Below are positions 27,488 through 40,392 of a stretch of 64,000 nucleotides of DNA, in pieces. Source of the stretch: Octopus vulgaris. Lineage: Eukaryota. Made by a program: the position numbers and the translations under genes. Each line of letters begins with the position of its first letter. The stretch's first letter is position 1. The stretch spans positions 50,344,001-50,408,000 of the forward strand of contig OX597819.1 of assembly GCA_951406725.2 (NCBI GenBank). Direction: 5' to 3'. A model generated the notes under the pieces. The model was not told the DNA's origin. It made no database searches and worked only from the letters and a program-made list of their open reading frames with translations.

Positions 27488-27877
27488 TTCAATACAGTTT
27501 CTGCCTACCAAATTTACTCAAAAATGATTGGTCGGCCTTTAGCACCTATGCAAGATGTTGTGGAGAGGAACTGAACATGGATCCAAGTGTTTGGAAAGAG
27601 AAATTCTGAACCAAAAAGCTACGCCTGCGCCTCGATCATGTATGTATCATCAAATTTAGAAGTGAGCGATAAAAAAATATTTATTCGATATGTTTACAGT
27701 TGTTTCGTAATCTGCATTCAATTACATCATATTCGCGAAAGTGCCCAACACAAGCATAAGTACACATAGAGTTGTATTGTAACACAATGATTATTCTTCA
27801 AAAAATTTTCGATATTTGGTTGAACACCCTACGGACAGATTACTGTGAGTACTGTTTCATTAAATCATCCCTATTTC

Positions 27878-27965
<88 letters not shown>

Positions 27966-29164
27966 AATTTATCTATCTATCCATCTATCTTTCTCTCTCT
28001 CTCTCTCTACACACACACACATACACACATGCCACATACACACATGCCACATACACACATGCCACATACACACAATGCAGTATTTATCTCGCGTGGTATT
28101 TGATGCGAAATTGAGATATATTTGTATATTTTGGGAAGATCATTTTGTCAATAAACACGAACACGATGTTTGTAGTTTCTTTATTAGTTATTCATTAATT
28201 TGTCGAAAAGTTTCGTCACACAACTGTAGCCTTTCCAATGAGCTCTCCATGATATCCTTTCCTGTCTGGGTGTTTTGTAACATATTGTTGGTAGTAAGTG
28301 CAAGCTTTTGTATACGTATCTCAGTACGTGTTTAATACTCTAGACATTTCAAACAATCAAATTTGAGTGGCTTTTGCCATTTCAGCTTTAACTAGCATTC
28401 ATTTCCAAAACAACCGCCACTTATCGACGTAGAAATCATCATCAATAAGACTGTTTTCAATTCGGCGGAATGCCTGATTTCTGCATTCTCATCCGCTCTT
28501 GAAATTTCCCATCAACAGTAACGTTACGGATTCCTGATTATATTATGGATTCCAAGTAGTGTTTCGTTGTTTTCTTTCAATTCCTTTCCGTTTGTTTTTC
28601 CTTTCTGCTTTCCCTGGTCTGTTGCACAGATATACATACCCTATGCCGCAATAAGTCGAAGCTGTATGCATTGTATGCATTCAGATTTTTATGCCAAGTG
28701 ATGAACTGCACGCAAAAATAAAATTAAAGAACGAGAACAACCGTAATCGGGGATATTCGGGTACGTTGGTTGCTGACAGGATCAAATTTGTAAGGATAAT
28801 TCCATACAAGTGAACTCCTCGAGATTATTAGAATTTATCTTTTCATGAAATTGACAATATCGTATATCGTATTTCACAGCATATAAGACGCTCTCTGCTT
28901 TTAAAAGCAGAAAATATATGTCTGAAAAAAAATCGCTTTTGATCTTATGAGTATATGCAAGGTGGTGTTTGTATGCACCAAAAATATTTTCTACTGCCTG
29001 TGCACTGCTGAAATTGGAGTGCATCTAATAAGTCCTTGCGCATTTTAATCCATCAAAAAACGGTGTATGATTTAAATGGCTACAATGTTACTCGAAATCA
29101 GATACTTTAAAATAAAACACCACCCAATCCTTGGGTATTTTTAGCGAGACCTTTCTCTTTCGCA

Positions 29165-29480
29165 AGCGTTCACGACGGAGACGGGAGAACGGTGGCTTGT
29201 GCGCAAGGCCAGTCCAAATACAGATGTTGCAAGGAATGACCAGTTGAGCGGAAATAGCGTGAGACCGAGTTGTCATTACCGAGTCTGAGGTCCCGAAGGT
29301 GTTCACCCAGTCAGCCAAGTGTCGACCAGTTCGCCCAATATACAAGGAGTGGCAAATCAGACCCCTGAAGGTGCAAGTGAAAGAGTTGGCGACGGGCAAG
29401 GAGTGGTCGTGGGAATGAGTGAATACGGCAGTGATAGAGAGGAAAGGATAGGTGTGGCAGAGTGGGAGGGTAGACTTCTG
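29165..29480 (-). pseudogene. Penelope-like GIY-YIG endonuclease remnant
   Basis: NSFTCTFRGLI-CHSLYIGRTGRHLAD, followed by a frameshifted EHLRDLRLGNDNSVSRYF segment. Confidence 0.78.
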
Positions 29481-30429
29481 CAAGTTTCTGTTTATCAATT
29501 TCAGCATTATTTGAGGTTGTAGTAGAAGATACTTGTCTACATTATTACGTACTGGAACCGAACCAGAAACCATGTGATTGCGAAGAGAACTTGCTTATCA
29601 CAAAGCCAATTATTGCACTTAGGTTTTAATGCTTATTTCAATTCTCTATTTTTTATAGACTTCCAGCTATTTCACATTAAAGCACACAGGGGATATTTAA
29701 TAGTTGTGTGGTAGCATTTGTTAAGCAGAATATATTGAAAAAAGGTAAGCTTCTTGTAAGAATAAATTATCATCAGCAATTGCTTCGGTCTGCTGTTACA
29801 TGTCTAGGTGCCTTAGAGCAAAGTGAAATTAGCTATAATTTACTATAAAGATTTAAAGGACTTGACGACGAACTAGATGTTCCGGAAGGACTTGTGATGT
29901 AAAGTAGAACGCTTTTCTTCTTTCAACAATTCGATGAAACACACATTAAGTAATGATAAAACTGGGCAGCTGTTACCTCTAATGGCTTACGACGTAGATG
30001 CCAACCAGCTGACAAAACGAAATGTATAGAGTAATAAAATAAGCGAGGAAAAAAAATTAAGATAAAAACTGAACTTACAATTGCTTCATACGATGACCAT
30101 GTGAATAGCTAAAAGTTGTTAATTCTGTTCGGATGACAAACGATAAAAAGGAAATAGCTTAGATGTGGATAGAATCGGCTTAGTAAGAATATTATAGTTA
30201 CCTACATCAAAAGATTTAAGCACTCAAATCTTCTGTCTGTTACACGTTGCAGTCATTGGACTCCAGCCACTCTGGTGCATCGCATTGAAAGATTTTATTA
30301 AACAAATCTAGCCCAGTGCGTACTTTTGAAGCCTGATACTTATTTTATTGATTTCTCTTTTGGAACAGCTAAGTTACGAGGACGTAAACAAACCAACATC
30401 AGCTGTCGAGCGGCGGAGGACAAACAGAA

Positions 30430-30506
<77 letters not shown>

Positions 30507-30819
30507 TTGCTTAATGTACATAGAATATACTTATGAGCTACTAATAGTTTCATACGCTGAATAAATCCTCGAGGAAGGTTTTAAAACACGCCTAGCGTCT
30601 CCAAGTAATCTTTGAGACACTAGTCGTATTTTAAAACCTGTCTGGTTGAGTTCAATGCATGAAACTATTACTATCTCATAACTGTATACTGTGTATATTG
30701 GACAATGTTTCTCTCTCACCTGATAAAGTACTTTTTTGTTGATCTTAAGGCAGCGAGTTGGCAAAGTCATTAGCACGCTGGACAAATGCTTAGCGACATT
30801 TCGACCGTTTTTACGTTTA

Positions 30820-31654
30820 GGCGTATGAATGGCTATGTGGTAAGTAGCTTGCTTACCAACCACATGGTTCCGGGTTCAGTCCCGCTGCGTGGCACCTTGG
30901 GCAAGTGTCTTCTACTATAGCCTCGGGTTGACCAAAGCCTTGTGAGTGGATTTGTTAGACGGAAACTGAAAGAAGCCCGTCGTATATATTCTTTTACTCT
31001 TTACTCTTTTACTTGTTTCAGTCATTTGACTGCGGCCATGCTGGAGCACCGCCTTTAGTCGAGCAAATCGACCCCGGGACTTATTCTTTGTAGGCCCAGT
31101 ACTTATTCTATCGGGCTCTTTTGTCGAACCGCTAAGTGACGGGGACGTAAACACACCAGCATCGGTTGTCAAGCAATGCTAGGGAACAAACACAGACACA
31201 CAAACATATACACACACACTTATATATATATACATATATACGACAGGCTTCTTTCAGTTTCCGTCTACCAAATCCACTCACAAGGCATTGGTCGGCCCGG
31301 GGCTATAGCAGAAGACACTTGCCCAAGATGCCACGCAGTGGGACTGAACCCGGAACCATGTGGTTGGTTAGCAAGCTACTTACCACACAGCCACTCCTGC
31401 GCCTATATGTACATATATATGTATATGTGTGTGTATATGTTTGTGTGTCTGTGTTTGTCCCCCTAGCATCGCTTGACAACCGATGCTGGTGTGTTTACGT
31501 CCCTGTAACTTAGCAGTTCGGCAATAGAGACCAATAAAATAAATACTAGGCTTACAAAGAGTAAGTCCTGAGGTCGATTTGCTCGACTAAGGGCGGTGCT
31601 CCAGCATGGCCACAGTCAAATGACTGAAACAAGCAAAAAAAGAGTAAAAGAGTA
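30820..31654. mobile_element. Plus-strand SINE B (head 30820-30988, tail ~31440-31654) with a complete minus-strand SINE B (30990-31403) nested in its internal microsatellite
   Basis: Domain order: head(+), tail(-), head(-), tail(+). Confidence 0.9.
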
Positions 31655-31669
31655 ACGGAAATCTAAACT

Positions 31670-31710
<41 letters not shown>

Positions 31711-31740
31711 TATATTTATATATATATATATATATATATA

Positions 31741-31955
31741 CAGGGTGGCCCAAAAATAAGTTTACAGTTATTCAACTATCTCTTTCGCATTCATATATTA
31801 ACAGCTTAGGTCTTAATTATTAAAAAAATATATGAAACGATTATTCCATGCTAATTTAGTTAATTGTAAGATAGAAATTTAAATGTTATAAAATGTTTTA
31901 AAAGAAATTTATAGTGCCCACGTGATTGCTGTAAACCTACTGTTGTGCCACCCTC
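31741..31955. mobile_element. Tc1/mariner-type MITE (215 bp)
   Basis: Imperfect TIRs CAGGGTGGCCCAAAAATAAGTTTACAG / CTGTAAACCTACTGTTGTGCCACCCTC, with TA on both sides inside (TA)n. Confidence 0.82.
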
Positions 31956-32094
31956 TATATATACGACGGTCTTCTTTCAATTTTCGTCTACCAAAGCCAC
32001 TCACAAGGTCTTGGTCGTCCAGGGGCTATAGGAGAATAATATGTGGTAAGCAAATACAGTATAAGAGATCTTAAACGCACATTACGAATTATAC

Positions 32095-32133
<39 letters not shown>

Positions 32134-32303
32134 CTTTGTAATATATACTTTGTAAGATATGTGTGTTTGAAAAAGAAATGTCCTAGAAGATGGAGTTCGA
32201 TTCCGAGGCTCTGTTCCAACGGCCAGTTCAATTAAACCACCCCACTGTCAGTCTGTTTGTCTGTCTCTGTCTGTCTGTCAGTCTGTCTCTGTCTCTGACT
32301 CTT

Positions 32304-32336
<33 letters not shown>

Positions 32337-32407
32337 CTCACACACACACGTACAAACACGCACATATAGAATGATATAAGTTTTAACTTCACAGATTCAT
32401 CTCTTAT

Positions 32408-32656
32408 CTTTTACATGTTTCAGTCATTAGCTGCGGCCATGTTGGGGCACCGCCTCGAAGAATTTTTCTAGTTGAATGTATCGACCGCAGTACTTAATTA
32501 TTTTAAAGCCTGGTACTTATTCTGTCGGTTCTTTTTGTCGAACCGCAAATTACGGGGGCGTAAACACACCAGCACCAGTTGTCATTCGGTGGAGGCGGGG
32601 ACATCACTGATACAAAAACACACACACACACGCACACACGTACATACACACGCACG

Positions 32657-32692
<36 letters not shown>

Positions 32693-32850
32693 ACAGGCTT
32701 CTTTCAGTTTCCGTCTACCAAATCCACTGACAAGGCTTTAGTCGGCCCGAGGCTATAGTAGAAGACACTTGCCCATGGTGCCACACCGTGGGACTGAACC
32801 CGGAACCATGTGGTTGATAAGCAAGCTTCTTACCAAACAGCCACACTTGT
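32408..32850 (-). mobile_element. SINE family B variant
   Basis: Head and tail domains separated by (CA)n. Confidence 0.85.
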
Positions 32851-34029
32851 CCTATGCCAGATAGCTTGCAATTTTCCTTTCTTTTTTTTCTCTTTCTGCT
32901 GAAGGGCCTTGGAATATTTTTCCTCTATCAACTGCTACTAATTATTACATGATGTTATTTATAGAATTAGTTGTTAGTCACGTATCATTAACTTTAAGTT
33001 AACATATCATAATATACCGATATTGCTGTAATCAAAGAGTCAGTCATCCGTGTGGTCGGGTAGCATGTCTTCTACCTTGAAATAATGGTTTAAAGTTTTG
33101 ACATAAGGCCAGCAGTTTTGAGTGGAGTGGGTGGGTAAGTCGATTACATCTACCCCAGTGCTCAACTGGTACTTATTTTATCGACCCTGAAAGGCTGAAG
33201 GTCAAAGTCGACCCTTGCAGAATTTCAACTTCGGACGCAAAGAGCGACAAATGTCACCAAGCATTTTGCCTGGTGAGCCAACGATTCGCCCAGTTCACCT
33301 TCCGCCTGAAATAATTTCTATTTTTGAACCTCTAGGGTCAAAGTGAAACCTTTTATCTTTGACGGCATCGTGTGTCTTAGGATACATTACCAAATATACG
33401 TCATTACCTCTGTTTTAAAACTGTTAACCTCTTGTCTGTCCAAAGCATTTTAATAAATTTTTCCTAAATGTCCACGCTTGTTTTTGAACTTTTACTTAGC
33501 ATTTTAGTTTCATACATTCGCTGTTAGATAAAACTTTCCTTTCATAAGTCCCGAATTGCTCTGGCATTTGGCAAAAAATGGGTATGTGTAGCATGTATGA
33601 TGAATGGTTGCCAGGGAAATATGTCTAGAGAATCATACGCGACGCACAGGACAAATAAAGGGTTCGGGTGTGATTTGGAAAAAATTTGGCTTCTAGCTGG
33701 TTGATTGACCTCAAAGAGGTTCTCATTAATAGAAGGAGGGAAGGAGGAAAAGATCTGACTATTCATTTGCAACTTTGGAAGAAAAGTCGCTTCATAGGGA
33801 ATATAATTTAAATACTAATAATTTGCTCGGTTCACAGAAAAGATATTCAAAGTCGACCAAAGCGGGATTTGAACTCAAAATAGTAAAGTGAAAAAGTTTA
33901 TATTGAAGTACACCTGAAGTGACACACGCAATTACAAAAAAACAAAAAACAAAAAAAAGGAAATGATAAGCAAAAGAAAAAAGCAACTATCTCGAAAGAG
34001 AAAGCCATTCATTTTGCTAGTTAATAAAC

Positions 34030-35510
34030 CTTTCTACTGGAAACACAAGGCCTCAAATTTAGGGGAGGGGATTAAGTCGATTGCATCGACCTCAGTGCGT
34101 AACTGGTACTAATTTTATCGACCTCGAAAGGATGAAAGGCAAAAATCGACGCCGGCGGAATTTGAACTCAAAACGTAACGACAGACGTAATACTCCTAAG
34201 CATTTCACTCGGCATGCTAACGATTTTGCCAGCTCATCGCCATGTTTCGACAGTTAATAATAGAAGCCTCATTATCTAGATGAATTTCCTGTTTCGTTTC
34301 TTTTTTTTTTTTTTTTTTGGTGCAGTTATAGCTGTCATCATTAAGAAGTTCTCTTCACTGATAGCTTCGGATTTAATATTACAGTATAGCTTTAAGTGGT
34401 GAGCTGGCAGAACCGTTAGCACGCCGGGCGAAATGCTTAGCGGTATTTCGTCTGCCGTTACGTTCTGAGTTCAAATCCCCCCCGAGGTCGACTTTGCCTT
34501 TCATCCTTTCGGGGTCGATTAAATAAGTACCAATTACGCACTGGAGTCGATATAATCGACTTAATCCGTTTGTCTGTCCTTGTTTGTCACCTCTGTATTT
34601 AGCCCGTTGTGGGTAGTAAAGAAATAGGTATTTCGTCTGCCGGTACGTTCTGAGTTCAAATACCCCCGAGGTCGGCTTTGCCTTTCATCCTTTCGGGGTC
34701 GATTAAGTAAATACCAGTTACGCACTGGGATCGATATAATCGACTTAATCCGTTTGTCTCTCCTTGTTTGTCCCATCTGTGTGTAGCCTCTTGTGGGTAG
34801 TAAAGAAATAGGTATTTCGTCTGCTGTTACATTCTGAGTTCAAATTCCGCCGAGGTCAGCTTTGCCTTTCATCCTTTCGATATCGATAAAATAAGTACCA
34901 GTTACACACTGGGGTCGTTGTAATCGACTTAATCTGTTTGTCTGTCCTTGTTTGTCCCCTCTATGTTTAGCCCCTTGTGGGCAATAAACAAATAAGCACC
35001 GTTAGCACGACGGGCAAAATGCTTAGCGGCAGTTTGTCCGTCTTTACGTTCTGTATTGAAATACGTCGCGGTCGACTTTGCCTTTTATCCTTTTGGGGTC
35101 GATAAATTAAGTATCAGTTGAACACTGGGGTCAATGTAATCGACTCATCCTCTCCCTCCGAACTTGTTGGCCTTATGCCCAAATTTGAGATCAATATTCT
35201 TTTCTAATCTAGGCAAAGGGCACAAAATTTTGGGGGAGGGGGCCAGTCGATTAGATCGACTGCAGTACGCAAAGCAATATTGCATCGCTCAAGGCGGCGA
35301 ACTGGCGGAAATGTAAACACGCCGGGGAAAATGCTTAGCGGCATTTCGTCCGTCTTTACATCCCGAGTTCAAATTCCGCAGAGGTCAACTTTGCCTTTCA
35401 TTCTTTCGGGGTCGATAAAAAAAGTATCAAATTAACATTGGGGTCGCTATAATCGACAAGCCCTTTTCTCCAAACTTGTTAGTCATGTGTCAAAGTTTGA
35501 AACAAATATT
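34030..35510. mobile_element. Dense SINE family A cluster, including a plus-strand head-to-tail trimer (34396-34995)
   Basis: GGTATTTCGTCTG restarts at 34442, 34627 and 34811; further copies at 34030-34245(-), ~34997-35195(+) and 35293-35505(+). Confidence 0.9.
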
Positions 35511-35716
35511 ACACCATAGCTCCTTAACACAGTCTTGTACCACTATGTTGGGCTGACCAATAACTTGTGAGGGAAATCTGAGAGTCGGAAACTATTAGGA
35601 GATCGTCGGGAAGATAATTATTGTTCCCGAAAGGTTAAGCTAATCAATAAGTCGGCTTAGCAACACCGCCTGACCAGAAAATACAATTAGCAGAAACAGC
35701 ATTCAGACTGGGTTAC

Positions 35717-35908
35717 CACCGATCTGACTATAAATTCTTACTCATTTCTCTAACAGTTATTGGGACCCTAAAAAAGGGTCTTTTATCCTCTGATATAACC
35801 ATTAAGAATTACACCGATCTGACAATAAATTCTTACTCATTTCTCTAACAGTTATTGGGATCCTAAAAAAGGGTCTTTCATCCTCTGACATAACCATTAA
35901 GAATTACA
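35717..35908 (+). repeat. 95-bp direct tandem duplication
   Basis: CACCGATCTGAC...CCATTAAGAATTA at 35717 and 35812, with about 4 substitutions. Confidence 0.95.
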
Positions 35909-36257
35909 GTATCTATGTGTGATGATACAGAAGCGGACGAAATGATACAGTCTTTAGTGACAAATTCTACGGAGCAAGTTCAAAATACCGCTACAGCAGG
36001 CTTCCGTTTGAATCTTTCTGGGTTCGATAAAATAAGTGTTAGTTATTAATCATGTACAGCAGTGATTTCAAACTTTCGTGTAACACCCAGCATCGCACTC
36101 TGCTTGCGACCTTGCACTTGTATGTGAAATCAATATGAGAAACTAACGACCCATTAAGATTTATGAGGCGTTTTAATTGCATACATCAATGCATGCATAT
36201 ATGTGTGTGTGTGTGTGTTTGTGCGTGTCTGTATGAGTGTTTGTGTGTGTGTGTGTT

Positions 36258-36289
<32 letters not shown>

Positions 36290-36580
36290 CACATATCCAC
36301 GCATATATATTTTAAACGAAATAAATTTACGTTAAGTCTATGCATGTTTTATTAATGTATGGCATGTAGATACACGCTCACGTAAATAGTCAATTAAAGA
36401 TGTCGCTCTCCTCCTCTCTTGCTATTTGTGCCTGTCTGTGTATGTTTGTCTGCGTGCATGTATGTATGTATGCATGCATGCATGCATGTATGTACTTACG
36501 TATATATATATATATATATATATATATGCATGTGTGTATCTTTCTAACAAGCTAACTATCTTTTAGTTCATATGTACGTA

Positions 36581-36646
<66 letters not shown>

Positions 36647-36697
36647 CACACGCATACACACACACACACTCATGCACACACATGCACTCATGCACAC

Positions 36698-36736
<39 letters not shown>

Positions 36737-36844
36737 TTTATAGACTGAGACGGCTACTACCTTTGAATAAATATATGCATGTACTGATTTTTATCAGTAG
36801 GTTTAGACACAGCTATACATGCATGGATGAATAAGTGGATGCAT

Positions 36845-36966
36845 TCATACATACATACATACATACATACATACATACATACATACATACATACATACAT
36901 ACATACATACATACATACATACATACATACATACATACATACATACATACATACATACATACATAC

Positions 36967-36997
<31 letters not shown>

Positions 36998-37162
36998 CAT
37001 ACATACATTCATACATACATACATACATACATACATACATACATACATACATACATACATACATACATACATACATACATACATACATACATACATACAT
37101 ACATACATACATACATACATACATACATACATACATACATACATACATACATACATACATAC
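36845..37162. repeat. Long (TACA)n tetranucleotide microsatellite
   Basis: Direct reading. Confidence 0.97.
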
Positions 37163-37234
37163 GCCTATATATACATATTCACATGTGTATATCTGCGTTC
37201 ATATATGCTTGCATACGTACGTACATGCATACAT

Positions 37235-37636
37235 ACTCTTTTTACTCTTTCACTTGTTTCAGTCATTTGACTGCGGCCATGCTGGAGCACTGCCTTTAGT
37301 CGAGCAACTCGACCCCAGGACTTATTCTTCGTAAGCCTAGTACTTATTCTATCGGTCTCTTTTGCTGAACCGCTAAGTTACGGGGACGTAAACACACCAG
37401 CATCGGTTGTCAAGCGATTTTGGGGGGAGGACAAACGCAGACACACAAGCATATACACACAAATACATATATATATACACATATATCCGACGGGCTTCTT
37501 TCAGTTTCCGTCAACTAAATCCACTCACAAGGCTTTGGTCGGCCCGAGGCTATAGTAGGAAACACTTGCCCAAGGTGCCACGCAGTGGGAATGAACCCGG
37601 AACCATGTGGTTGGTAAGCAAGCTACCTACCACACT
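37235..37636 (-). mobile_element. SINE family B
   Basis: Near-complete reverse-complement copy. Confidence 0.9.
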
Positions 37637-38939
37637 GTCACTCATGTACATATTCATATTTGCATGAATGTGTATTTATTCATGTATATACATATATACA
37701 TACTTTGAAACTAAAGTGCTTAAACGCATACATACATACATACGTACATACATACATACATACATACATACATACATACATACATACATACATACATACA
37801 TACATACATACATACATACTTACGTACGTTCTCACTTTCTCAGCACCACATACTCAGATTTACCGAGTGCCACAATTTCCTACACGTTCCCTTTTGAAAG
37901 GAATTAAACTCAAGAGTATTCTTTTTCTGTTGTGTTTGGGGAGAGCCATTTTCTTTTTGTGCCTTATAATTAACACACTCACCGGTAAAATTTCCACTTA
38001 TTTCTTATTTCTATTTTCCTAAAATTTTCATTGCGACCTTTTCAACAGTCTTGACTCTGTCCGTTATTTACACTGCGTTCCTTTTTGTGCGCATGTGTGT
38101 GAGTCAGTGTGTGTGCGTGTGTGTGCCTATGCATGCATGTATGTGTGTATGTATGCATGCATGTGTGTGTATGTATATATGTGTGTGTATGCATATGTAT
38201 ATATGTATGCATGTATGTGTGTGCATCTGTATGTATGTATTCTGCATATTCATGTGCTTGCATGTCCGTGTTTGTGTATTTTCTATGTATGTGCGTGAGC
38301 GTGTGTTTGTATATGTATGCACTTCCGTCTTCTTGTGTGTGTGCATATCTGCGCGCGCGCACGTGTTTTGCAACTATGTACTGTGTTTGTATGTATGGAT
38401 GTGCATCTCCATGTGTGGACTCGTGTCTCTATATGTGTCCCTGTGTGGAGTAAAGTGTGTGTGTGTATATGGTCATGTGTTTCAGTCTCCATTTGCGTAT
38501 GTGTGCTTGTCTATTCTTATAATCTATGTACCTATCCGTCTGTATGTTGATCTGTTTATTTTCATATCCATATGCTTGCATACAAAAAAACAAAACAAAA
38601 CAAAAAAAAACATGAGCATACACACACACTTACACCCACATACACACATACATACGTCTATTCTACTCTACCTGTGTAAACTGTGGGTATGGAGGTGTGA
38701 TATCTACAACGTATATTTCCTATTTAGTATTGGGGAATCTTTATTTATAAGGACGTCCTCCCGTATTTGTCTGAGTATTGGGTCTTTTGGGTGCCTGGAT
38801 AAGATGCGGATCTCAAGTTGACCCAACTTGCCTCCATGGTGGTCTTTGGCATGTTAGTAGAGTATGGAGGACTGATTTTTGTCGTCATATTGTCTCCAAG
38901 AATTAGCAAATGCTAAATAGATTACCGTCTGTTTATATC

Positions 38940-39173
38940 CATGGAACACTTTTCGTCAAATTTCGTCATTTTTCGTCAAATTGATGTCACGATGGCTAGT
39001 GCAGAAAATGCCGAAATTTTACGGTTCTGATTAAAAATCGATTTTTTAAGAAATTCCAAGTACGGAAGTGACCGCATGGGCATAAGCCCCCCACACGTGT
39101 CAAGTTTCACCAAGGTCTGTTGGATAGTCTCGGAGGAGTTAAAGCAACAAATTCACAAACACACAAACTTGCC

Positions 39174-39180
<7 letters not shown>
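38940..39180. mobile_element. Possible non-autonomous Helitron/HINE-like fragment
   Basis: CAAGTTTCACCAAGGTCTGTTGGATAGTCTCGGAGGAGTT...ACAAACACACAAAC resembles DINE/HINE-like cores (pattern recognition only). Confidence 0.35.
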
Positions 39181-39231
<51 letters not shown>

Positions 39232-40144
39232 TAATTATAATTATATTCTATATATGAATTTTACCTAAAATATTTCTTTTACATCTTGGCCACTGATAAA
39301 ATTCATTAATTTTTAATGATTTTATCCTTTAATTATGTTTAGATGTATTTCATTCACTTTGGGACAGTATATTTACTTTTGTACTATTCTGACTAAATGC
39401 ACACGTGTTGAGGTGGACTACGAAATTCGATTCGTACATATTTGTGGATATTTTATTATACTTCTCCAGAAATTGATCAATCTAGCATTATCCGAATTAT
39501 TTTATGCATTTTTGTTTGTCGATTTTACCCTCTTTCAACTTGTGTATATTGAAGTGAATATTTGTATATTTGGCGTCTTTTTCTAGCATATAGGCACAGT
39601 GGCTTCTGTGCTCTTAATCATAATTATATTCTATATAATTGTATATCTATATATATATAATTATATCTATATAAATATATATCTATATTTGAATTTTATC
39701 TAAAAGGCTTTTTATATGCTGGCTACTGATAAAATTCATTAAACTTTAATAATTTTATCCTTTAATTGTGTTAGAACACAGAATACACAGAAAATAGGTT
39801 GAGAGGATCTTTCATATGGACTCGTGGTGTACAATAGTGGTAGAAGTTATATCGCTGATAGACGACAATCATCTGCTACGAATGCCGAAGCTGCCAGATC
39901 ACGTGACTTACATCAAGTTTGGAAAAAGACCGGATGGCTACGATCACAGCGTCCTTGGTCATTTGCCCAAGGTGTCACGCAGTGGGACTGGACCTGGAAC
40001 CACGTGGCTGGTAAGGAAGCTACTTACCACACAGCCACTCCTACGTATATATATATATATATTAATAAATGAAATAAAACATATGCATATATATAAACAT
40101 ATATGTACGTACCTACCTCTACATGTACATATACACGCATATAT

Positions 40145-40392
40145 GAGTACAGGACACCAAAGGGACGTCGAACACAAAGAGAAACGAAAACATAGACACA
40201 AACCAAAGGAACTGGACATTTTTTTAAAAAACAACAAAAAATGGAGTACAGGACAATTAACACAAAGAAAAAACCCCTTCTTCAGTCGCTATGGTTTCAT
40301 CTACTCTACGTTTCGAAGGATAAAAGCGAGACGTATCTTCGACAAGAAACTTTCCTTCCTGCGAAAAGCAAATCAATTAAAATTCTGAGATC
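40145..40392 (-). mobile_element. ~250-bp dispersed element carrying a rearranged hammerhead (copy 1)
   Basis: Homologous to 61891-62117; internal direct repeat GAGTACAGGA at 40145 and 40244; flanked by TA-rich microsatellite. Confidence 0.75.
40274..40335 (-). ncRNA. Non-circularly permuted hammerhead ribozyme candidate
   Basis: Minus strand: TACG-T-C-TCGCT ttta TCCTTC GAAA CGTA (16 nt) AGCGA CTGAAGA A GGGG. Helix III TACGT/ACGTA, helix I TCGCT/AGCGA, site GUC. Confidence 0.7.

Noticed and set aside
28780-30200. Faint mariner-like peptides (AQAVENIFGAY, WAAVTSNG)
   Set aside because: Too short and degraded to call without a profile search.
34442-34995. CRISPR-like or satellite array
   Set aside because: Units are SINE bodies without unique spacers; eukaryotic context with no cas genes.
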